DNA of 39,828 nt from an uncultured Bacteroidales bacterium (GTDB lineage: Bacteria > Bacteroidota > Bacteroidia > Bacteroidales > VadinHA17), in assembly GCA_937871625.1 (NCBI GenBank), contig CALMRD010000332.1, positions 1 to 39,828 on the forward strand. Reading direction: 5' to 3'. Both the position numbers and the translations under genes were made by a program. Of the stretch, positions 8,903-15,940 are shown piece after piece; the first letter of the stretch is position 1; each line of letters starts with the position of its first letter. The notes under the pieces were generated by a model. It worked only from the letters and a program-made list of their open reading frames with translations. It had not been told where the DNA came from and did not search any database.

Positions 8903-8911
8903 ACATCTGAG

Positions 8912-8937
8912 TTAAACCATTGTTGCTACAGTACGTC
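8912..8937 (+). promoter_or_regulatory. Putative ECF-sigma promoter TTAAACCA-N14-CGTC, copy 1
   Basis: AAC/CGT ECF-type motif upstream of the sigma gene; same motif and spacing at 9505-9530. Confidence 0.65.
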
Positions 8938-8965
8938 TTACTGTTAAACGGCTCCGGCCCTTGTA

Positions 8966-9508
8966 ATGTTACAGATCACCGAAGATGATATAAAGAAGAT
9001 CATCCAATCGGATGGCGAGAAGGCTTTCCGTATGATAGTCGACAAATACGGATCAAAGCTCTACTGGCATATCCGCCGCATAGTCATAACACATGACGAT
9101 GCCGATGATGTACTGCAGAACACCTTTCTCAATGCCTGGAGGAAAATAGGTTCATTCCGGTTCGAAAGCTCGCTTTACACCTGGCTCTACTCCATCGCCA
9201 CCAATGAGGCGCTGACCCTGCTCAGAAAGAGGGAGAAAGAGAGCAGCATACCGCTTGATGACCTTGAGTCCCTCCTGGGATGGTCAGCGGAAGGCAGCAG
9301 TTACTTTGATGGTGACGAGGCATCCGCCAGGTTGCAGAATGCGATCCTGAAGCTTCCGGATAAGCAGCGGGCAGTATTCAATATGAAATACTTCGACGAC
9401 ATGAGCTACGAGGATATGAGCGGAGTGACAGGCACCTCGGTGGGGGCATTGAAGGCATCATATCACCATGCCGTAAAAAAAATAGAGCAGTTTTTGCAGG
9501 ACGATTAA
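8966..9508 (+). CDS. ECF-type RNA polymerase sigma-70 factor
   Basis: HDDADDVLQNTF, SLYTWLYSIATNE (region 2); LPDKQRAVF, SVGALKASYHHA (region 4). Confidence 0.93.
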   Translation: MLQITEDDIKKIIQSDGEKAFRMIVDKYGSKLYWHIRRIVITHDDADDVLQNTFLNAWRKIGSFRFESSLYTWLYSIATNEALTLLRKREKESSIPLDDLESLLGWSAEGSSYFDGDEASARLQNAILKLPDKQRAVFNMKYFDDMSYEDMSGVTGTSVGALKASYHHAVKKIEQFLQDD

Positions 9509-9530
9509 ACCAACGAGGGCGGTTTGCGTC
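9505..9530 (+). promoter_or_regulatory. Putative ECF-sigma promoter TTAAACCA-N14-CGTC, copy 2, overlapping the sigma stop codon
   Basis: Same motif and spacing as 8912-8937. Confidence 0.65.
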
Positions 9531-9637
9531 AAAGAAACGTTATGAAAGCCACAGGCAACCGATATACAGGATATTTATAAACAATACATTTGATCAAACA
9601 GGTTCCGGCCGAAGTTGAGAGAAAAAATCAAACAGTG

Positions 9638-10138
9638 ATGAAACTCAATGATGAGATAAAAAAGAGCAATCCCTTTAAGGTTCCGGAAGGCTACTTTGAG
9701 ACATTGACAGAGAGAACGATGTCAGCCATCAGCAGGAGCATGGAGGAGGAGAAGGGTGCCGGGGCAACGGAGGCGCCTGTCAGACGCCTGAATCTGAGGC
9801 CCTTCCTCGCCCTTGCTGCAGCCATCGTGGGCGTTGCCCTCGTGACCACCTTCATCGTGAGGCAGGTATCAGGCGGTCCTGAGAGGGGCAAAGAGGAGCT
9901 TAACGGCAGCCTGTTTGCTGATCTTGAGGCGGAGCAGTTCGAGATCTACATGCTGGAAGATGAGCTGATGGAGGCAGTTTACGAAGAGGCAGCGCAGGCA
10001 GCAGGGGATACCGGATCAGAAGGCACAATCCGGGAAGCGGGAGAGCAGGCAACTGAAGGAGAGATATCAACCGACGCTATTATCGATTACCTCCTGATGG
10101 AAGATGTTGACATTAATGATATATATGAACTTTTATAG
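9638..10138 (+). CDS. Putative single-pass anti-sigma factor
   Basis: NPFKVPEGYFE motif, one TM segment (LALAAAIVGVALVTTFIV), acidic C-terminus, directly downstream of the ECF gene. ATG 9638 preferred over TTG 9590. Confidence 0.65.
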   Translation: MKLNDEIKKSNPFKVPEGYFETLTERTMSAISRSMEEEKGAGATEAPVRRLNLRPFLALAAAIVGVALVTTFIVRQVSGGPERGKEELNGSLFADLEAEQFEIYMLEDELMEAVYEEAAQAAGDTGSEGTIREAGEQATEGEISTDAIIDYLLMEDVDINDIYELL

Positions 10139-10145
10139 GAACGTC

Positions 10146-10670
10146 ATGAAAAGAACCTTTTTCGCGGTAGTCATTGTTATGCTTGCCGCAATTACCGGAG
10201 CCAGCGCCCAGGGTCAGAGAATGGGTCAGGGTCAGGGTCTGGCTGACAATGAGAGGCTGACAGCCTACAAGATAGCCTTCTTCACCCAGCGTCTCGATCT
10301 GACACCTGCGGAGGCGGAGAAATTCTGGCCGCTGTACAACAAATTCTCCGACGATAAGAGCAGCCTGCAGGCTGAACGGCTGTCGCTGATGCGTAATGCA
10401 GCACAGAATGAGTCGAAGATGAGCGACGACGAGCTCTCAGCCACGGCTGACAGGCTGGTGCAGACATATGCTGACGAGGCCGCCCTGATATCCTCATTCA
10501 ACAGGGACCTGAAGAAGGTGCTGCCACCCCTGAAGGTAATAAAACTGTTCCAGATTGAAAACCAGTACAAGCAGCAGCTGCTCAGGGAGCTTAACCAGAG
10601 GAGGCAGGGACAGACAGGAGTGCAGCCTGGCAGGGGACGTTTCAACCAGACAGAGAGTCCCGACCTGTAG
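10146..10670 (+). CDS. Exported helical Spy/CpxP-like protein, putative ECF accessory/sensor
   Basis: Signal peptide ending ASA-Q; KIAFFTQRLDLTPAEAEKFWPLYN and VLPPLKV repeats resemble LTxxQ motifs. Confidence 0.65.
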   Translation: MKRTFFAVVIVMLAAITGASAQGQRMGQGQGLADNERLTAYKIAFFTQRLDLTPAEAEKFWPLYNKFSDDKSSLQAERLSLMRNAAQNESKMSDDELSATADRLVQTYADEAALISSFNRDLKKVLPPLKVIKLFQIENQYKQQLLRELNQRRQGQTGVQPGRGRFNQTESPDL

Positions 10671-10695
10671 CCCTCATTATTGAGGCAGGAAGATC

Positions 10696-12072
10696 TCAGC
10701 GATTCTTCGCTTCCCTGATAAATTCCGGGAGAGCGGACAGCGAAACGGTTGTCTGTTCTCCCGTTTTCATATTGCGGACCGTAGCCTGAGAGGCTTTTAT
10801 CTCCTCGCTGCCGGCTATGATCACCAGGGGTATATGCTGTGTGTCAGCATAGCTGAACTGCTTCTTCAGCCTGACAGCATCGGGGAAAAGCTCTGTGGCT
10901 ACACCTGCCCCGCGCAATGCCGCGGCAATTTTTATCAGCTCCGGAAGCTCTTCACCTCCGAAGTTGATTACCAGTACCGATGTTGATGAGCCAGTCTGCT
11001 CAGGGAAGAGGCCCAGATTGAGCATCACATCATATATCCTGTCAGCACCGAATGACACTCCCACGCCTGAGACGCCCGGCAGCCCGAAGATACCCGTAAG
11101 GTCATCATAACGTCCGCCGCCACAGATGCTGCCGATGGCCATATCGGCTGCCTTGACCTCTATTATAGTCCCGGTGTAATAGTTCAGCCCGCGCGCCAGG
11201 GAGAGATCGAATACCACCTTTGCCTGCGACGGCTCCATATCGAGATAGGAGAAGAGCTCCTCCATCTCGGAGATTCCCTTTTCGCCTTCAGGTGATGCTG
11301 CTATCTCACGCTTCAGCCCGGCTATTTTCTCTGCCGCTGACCCCCTGAGGCTGAGGAAAGGGGTCAGCCGTCTGATCACCTCAGGCGTGATGCCCCGCTG
11401 CAGCAACTCCTGCCGGACACCCTCACTGCCTATCTTCTCAAGCTTGTCAATGGCAACCGTAATGTCGGTGATCCTGTCACCTGCCCCGGCTGTAGCTGCT
11501 ATGCCGGCAAGTATCTTGCGGTTGTTGACATTTATGATAACATTGATATTCAGTTCACTGAAGACGCGATCAATGATCCTTATCAGCTCAAACTCATTGA
11601 GCAGGGAGTTGCTTCCAATGACGTCCACGTCGCACTGGAAGAACTCCCGGTAGCGTCCCTTCTGGGGTTTGTCTGCCCTCCAGACTGGCTGTATCTGGTA
11701 TCTCCTGAAGGGGAAGGTGATCTCATCACGGTGCTGAACCACATAGCGTGCAAAAGGAACGGTGAGGTCATACCTGAGGCCCTTTTCACTTATATTCTGT
11801 GTGACGGCGGCAATATCAGCAGATGAGAGCGCTGACAGAGGCACATCAGCCAGGAAATTGCCCGAATTGAGTATCCTGAATATGAGCCTGTCACCCTCCT
11901 CACCGTATTTGCCCAGGAGCGTAGTCAGGTTCTCCATGGCCGGCGTCTCGAGCGGCAGGTAGCCGTAGAGGGAGAAGGTCCTGCGGATGGTATCAAAGAT
12001 GTAATTGCGGCGGAGCATCTCCACCGGGGAGAAGTCGCGTGTTCCCCTTGGTACGGACGGTTTCTGGGCCAT
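10696..12072 (-). CDS. hisS: Histidine--tRNA ligase
   Basis: PRGTRDF, LRYDLTVPFAR, KGRYREFFQCD, LARGLNYYTG, GGGRYD; start at MAQKP. Confidence 0.97.
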   Translation of the reverse strand: MAQKPSVPRGTRDFSPVEMLRRNYIFDTIRRTFSLYGYLPLETPAMENLTTLLGKYGEEGDRLIFRILNSGNFLADVPLSALSSADIAAVTQNISEKGLRYDLTVPFARYVVQHRDEITFPFRRYQIQPVWRADKPQKGRYREFFQCDVDVIGSNSLLNEFELIRIIDRVFSELNINVIINVNNRKILAGIAATAGAGDRITDITVAIDKLEKIGSEGVRQELLQRGITPEVIRRLTPFLSLRGSAAEKIAGLKREIAASPEGEKGISEMEELFSYLDMEPSQAKVVFDLSLARGLNYYTGTIIEVKAADMAIGSICGGGRYDDLTGIFGLPGVSGVGVSFGADRIYDVMLNLGLFPEQTGSSTSVLVINFGGEELPELIKIAAALRGAGVATELFPDAVRLKKQFSYADTQHIPLVIIAGSEEIKASQATVRNMKTGEQTTVSLSALPEFIREAKNR

Positions 12073-12090
12073 GTCGGATCTATTTCCCGA

Positions 12091-12098
12091 CAAAAATA
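12091..12098 (-). promoter_or_regulatory. -7 element TATTTTTG for hisS
   Basis: TAnnTTTG match 18 nt upstream of the ATG. Confidence 0.65.
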
Positions 12099-12166
12099 GA
12101 AAAAGGTGTGAAGGATAGGAAATGATTCTTCGGATCATTTCCCCGCGGGGGGCAGTCTTCACTCTG

Positions 12167-12201
12167 CAGTCGGCAGTCGGCAGTCGACAGTCGGCAGTTG
12201 A
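12167..12201. repeat. Tandem 7-mer repeat, 5 copies, consensus CAGTCGG
   Basis: cagtcgg cagtcgg cagtcga cagtcgg cagttga in the hisS-DUF4870 intergenic region. Confidence 0.9.
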
Positions 12202-12320
12202 GACTCAGACTAAACAGGAGGAGGCTCAATCCCGCACACGAACCTCTCCCGGGGAAGAGGGGAGTGTCGGGAAGGCAGAAATGTGCCGGGCTGCAGGGCA
12301 GCCCGTCTGCTGAGTATAAT

Positions 12321-12677
12321 CTACTGTATGAAAGGAATGGAGAGCGGGTACTTATAGACTTCTCCCTTTGCAGCCCTGATACTGGCAATGATAATGCAGA
12401 TGAACTCCAGCACCACGAGAGCCAGCAGTATGGGTATACCCACTATGATAATGCAGAGAGGTATAGCCAGCACGGTATAGAGAAGCATTGATATCTGAAA
12501 GTTGAGCGACGACTTTCCGTTGGCGTTGACCCATTCAGATTCATCCTTGCGGGAGATCCAGCAGATGATCGGGCCGATAATCCCGCCGAAGGGAAAGAAG
12601 TAGCCGGCAAATGCTGACAGGTGGCAAAACATTGCCCAGTCACGTTCCGATTGTGTGTATGTTTTTATCTCTTCCAT
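12321..12677 (-). CDS. DUF4870 membrane protein
   Basis: ERDWAMFCHLS, IIGPIICW, GKSSLNFQIS, YKYPLSI. Confidence 0.85.
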   Translation of the reverse strand: MEEIKTYTQSERDWAMFCHLSAFAGYFFPFGGIIGPIICWISRKDESEWVNANGKSSLNFQISMLLYTVLAIPLCIIIVGIPILLALVVLEFICIIIASIRAAKGEVYKYPLSIPFIQ

Positions 12678-12742
12678 CTGGCTTTTTTTTTAAAGACGGT
12701 GACTCACACCAAATGATGCATATTTATGTTTCAAAAACAACC

Positions 12743-13486
12743 CTATCTGCCGGAGGGGAGCATGGCGGGATTTCTCTCATTGAACTTCCTCAGGTAGACA
12801 AACATCATCTTCTTCTGATTCTTGTTGCGCATTGACACGAACTCCTCATAGAGCTCGGCGTCACGCATGAGCAGTGCTTCAAGATTCTGCAGGTCGTATT
12901 CATATACCTTACCGGTCTCGAAGTCTATCATATACATCTCGAGGTCTGTCCTGGTGGTATTCCGGTTGTAGGGATATCCGTACCCGTATGGGTCATAGTA
13001 GCTGCGGTAGGGACTGTAGTAGTACGGCGAGTAGTATGACCTGTAGGGCGAGTAGTAGGGGTCGTAGTAATTATACGGGTAGTTTCCCGGTGAGGTGGTA
13101 GTCACATCGGCCACAAAGTGGATGATTGAGCCGAAGAAGGTAATGCGGTTGTATGCGCCCTGTACCCTGACGTAGAGGACTCCGTTACGGGCAAAGCCCC
13201 ATATCTCATCCTGCTCTATCTCCTGCCTGATACCCATATTGTCATAGAAATATATCTTTTCCGAGGCAAGTACCTGGTCAAAGAAGTCCTTGTCATTGTA
13301 ATCAACAGAGGTGAAGAGTTTTGCCTTGGGAATAGGGTTGTTGGTCTTGACCTGGTCGAAGTTCAGGTAGATGCCGTCCCTGAAGTTGAAGTCGGGCGTA
13401 TATGCAACAAGAGTATCCCTCTCCTGTGCCCATGCAATGCCTGTGGCAATAAGTACGGCAATCAGTGTCATCATGCTCCTTTTCAT
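12743..13486 (-). CDS. Exported hypothetical protein with a Tyr/Pro/Ser-rich segment
   Basis: Signal peptide MKRSMM...AWA-Q. Start 13486 is supported by the -7 element at 13529-13536. Confidence 0.75.
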   Translation of the reverse strand: MKRSMMTLIAVLIATGIAWAQERDTLVAYTPDFNFRDGIYLNFDQVKTNNPIPKAKLFTSVDYNDKDFFDQVLASEKIYFYDNMGIRQEIEQDEIWGFARNGVLYVRVQGAYNRITFFGSIIHFVADVTTTSPGNYPYNYYDPYYSPYRSYYSPYYYSPYRSYYDPYGYGYPYNRNTTRTDLEMYMIDFETGKVYEYDLQNLEALLMRDAELYEEFVSMRNKNQKKMMFVYLRKFNERNPAMLPSGR

Positions 13487-13528
13487 CACACTCTTTTCAG
13501 ATTCTACCTCAAAAATTGTACCGTAAGG

Positions 13529-13536
13529 CAAAAATA
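13529..13536 (-). promoter_or_regulatory. -7 element TATTTTTG for the Tyr-rich protein gene
   Basis: TAnnTTTG match. Confidence 0.6.
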
Positions 13537-13589
13537 ATCTTTTATGGATACTGAGAGCAACCCCGGCTTTATCTTTATATAAATTCATG

Positions 13590-13597
13590 TATATTTG
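13590..13597 (+). promoter_or_regulatory. -7 element TATATTTG for the hybrid kinase/receiver gene
   Basis: TAnnTTTG match. Confidence 0.6.
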
Positions 13598-13670
13598 AGT
13601 GTCATATCCCTACTGTGCCCGCAATATGCCAAAAGTAACAAAACCTGTTTCGGTTACGCATTCAGAACTG

Positions 13671-14957
13671 ATGACGCGAAGGACGAGGGACAGGATACTT
13701 CTTCCTGTTGCTGCTGCCCTGCTGCTGGTGATCATAGCCCTCTCCACGGCCATTGCGGGGCTGGTATGGGTGCCCATGGCAGCCGGCATTCTCGCCGTAG
13801 TGCCCCTGGCACTCTCTGTTCACGAGATACGGCAACTGATAGGCGACAGCAGGTCGATCATAAATGAGATGTCATCGATAGCCGAGAGGAACGAGGATGT
13901 CATCAATTCATTCTCCCACAAGATAAGAGAGCCGCTGAACAACCTGGTACTGCTTGGCAGTATGCTGAAGGAGACAGCCGCCTCCGCCAGGCAACAGGAG
14001 CTGGTTGAGACCTTTGTTGCCTCCACCGGTACCATGGTGGATGTTGTCAATGACCTGACCATGGAGACGGCAGGCAACATCACCTTTGAAAGGAAGGGTG
14101 ACATCCGCTTCAGGCTGGGACCGATAATACATGACACCATCGGGCTGATGAAGCTTAACAGGAGCCATGACCAGAGCCTCATTCTGTATGATGACAAGGG
14201 TGAGGGAGAGACGGAGTACAACGGGGATCCCATTATTCTCAAGCAGATACTGATAGACCTTCTCAGTGCTGCCATCTCCGGCTCATCGGGAAAGGTCACG
14301 GTAAAGATACAGGCCAGGGAGGCGGGTGAGCGTGACAGCATGCAGAAGGTTGAGTTCACCCTGTCAACAAATAACCCGGTAGTTTTCATCCCTGAAGGAC
14401 GCCAGCAATTGCCTCTCTCCGGGAGGCTCATCAGCAACGCAGGAGGCAGCTGGAAAGAGACCACCGCCGGCTCCGGCTCCTATTTCGTCTTCTATGTCAA
14501 CCTGCGCAGGGCGGATAAGGTGGAGCATCCTGCAGCCGCCAGCGCACTTATGCAGGGACTGTCAGGGGTGAGGGAGAGGAAGGATCTGAAAGAGCTCTCC
14601 ATCCTTCTTGTGGAGGACAATCCCATCAACCTGCGCATCACCCAGCTGATGCTCGAGCCCCTGGTCAAACGCATAGAGACAGCCCGTAACGGCAAGGAGG
14701 CCCTTGACATGTTCGGCACCTCGAAATATGACCTCATACTGATGGATGTGCAGATGCCGGTAATGAACGGGCTGGTGGCTGCCGACAAGATCAGGGGTCT
14801 GGAGATGAGCACCCGGATGCACGTCCCCATCATTGCCATCACCGCCAATGCTATGCTGGGCGACAGGGAGCAGTGCCTGGCAGTGGGCATGGATGATTAT
14901 ATCAGCAAGCCGATAGACCCCGAGCTGCTCATTGAGAAGATCACCGCCCTCGTCTGA
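13671..14957 (+). CDS. Membrane-anchored degenerate hybrid histidine kinase with intact receiver domain
   Basis: Two TM helices, SHKIREPLNN H-box, GDPIILKQIL, receiver motifs LLVEDN...LMDVQMP...ITA...SKP. Start uncertain (13626 or 13671). Confidence 0.8.
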   Translation: MTRRTRDRILLPVAAALLLVIIALSTAIAGLVWVPMAAGILAVVPLALSVHEIRQLIGDSRSIINEMSSIAERNEDVINSFSHKIREPLNNLVLLGSMLKETAASARQQELVETFVASTGTMVDVVNDLTMETAGNITFERKGDIRFRLGPIIHDTIGLMKLNRSHDQSLILYDDKGEGETEYNGDPIILKQILIDLLSAAISGSSGKVTVKIQAREAGERDSMQKVEFTLSTNNPVVFIPEGRQQLPLSGRLISNAGGSWKETTAGSGSYFVFYVNLRRADKVEHPAAASALMQGLSGVRERKDLKELSILLVEDNPINLRITQLMLEPLVKRIETARNGKEALDMFGTSKYDLILMDVQMPVMNGLVAADKIRGLEMSTRMHVPIIAITANAMLGDREQCLAVGMDDYISKPIDPELLIEKITALV

Positions 14958-14959
14958 GC

Positions 14960-15940
14960 TCAGAAAGGTCTCACCCCAAGGATCATCATGTCATCAATCT
15001 GATCGTACTCTCCCATCCATGATGCTATCGTCTCGTCAATGATGCGCTCCTGGTCCGTCAGCGGGTACTTGCTGATGGTCAGCAACAGGTGCCTGAGCCT
15101 GCGGTACATGAACTTCTTGTTCTCCGGACCGCCAAACTGGTCGGCATAGCCGTCGGAGAAGAGGTACAGAATGTCTCCCTTCTGCAGCCTGAAGGTGCTG
15201 CGGTTGAATGATACCATGGCAAACGACTGTACAACATTCTTTTTGTCGCCCTTGATCTCAATGAGCTTGTCGTCACGGACAATGTAAACGGGAAGGAAGG
15301 CGCCGGAGAACTCCATCTCCCTGGTCCTGCGGTCAATGACGCAGATGCTCATCTCGATGCCGTCACGTATCAGTGCCTTGCCACTCTCCTCCCTGAAGAA
15401 GGCCGACTCAAGCTCCCGGTTCATGGTCAGCAGTATCTGATCGCTGTCGTCAACCTTCATGCCGGTAATGATTTTCTGTATCAGCTCCAGTCCTATCATA
15501 GACATCAGCGCTCCGGGCACACCGTGGCCCGTGCAGTCGGCGGCTGCGATGAAGTATTTGCCGTTTCTCTCACTGAACCAGTAGAAATCTCCGCTGACGA
15601 TATGCTTGGGCCGGTAATAGATGAAATAGTCGCTGAAGATCTTGTTGATATGATGCTCTGCAGGGAGGAGCGCAGCCTGGATCCTCCTGGCATAGTTAAG
15701 ACTGTCGGTAAGGTCCTTGTTGCGCAGCTGCAGCTCCGCCCTCTGGAGGTCTATCTCGTCATATGCTTTCCTGATCTCCCTGAGGTGCCTCCTGGTGCGC
15801 AGCAGGACCCAGAACTGCAATACGGCGAGGTAGATGACCGCCAGCACGACGAAGACCCAGAGGAGATAGTTGATGACACCGCTATCCTTCACCCCCTGTG
15901 CCAGTGCAGAAATACCGGCTATGAGCATCATGAGATTCAC
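14960..15940 (-). CDS. SpoIIE/PP2C-family Ser/Thr phosphatase with N-terminal TM helix and coiled coil
   Basis: SLNYARRIQ, VSGDFYW, ADCTGHGVPGA, FSDGYADQFGG, QIDD. Confidence 0.9.
   Translation of the reverse strand: MNLMMLIAGISALAQGVKDSGVINYLLWVFVVLAVIYLAVLQFWVLLRTRRHLREIRKAYDEIDLQRAELQLRNKDLTDSLNYARRIQAALLPAEHHINKIFSDYFIYYRPKHIVSGDFYWFSERNGKYFIAAADCTGHGVPGALMSMIGLELIQKIITGMKVDDSDQILLTMNRELESAFFREESGKALIRDGIEMSICVIDRRTREMEFSGAFLPVYIVRDDKLIEIKGDKKNVVQSFAMVSFNRSTFRLQKGDILYLFSDGYADQFGGPENKKFMYRRLRHLLLTISKYPLTDQERIIDETIASWMGEYDQIDDMMILGVRPF

Noticed and set aside
10211-10242. GGTCAG repeats
   Set aside because: They simply encode the GQ-rich linker after the signal peptide
12167-12201. Possible CRISPR array
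   Set aside because: 7-bp units without spacers, and no cas genes
12080-12491. Small ORFs across the hisS upstream region (for example CRLSTADCRL)
   Set aside because: Translation artefacts of the heptamer repeat and promoter region
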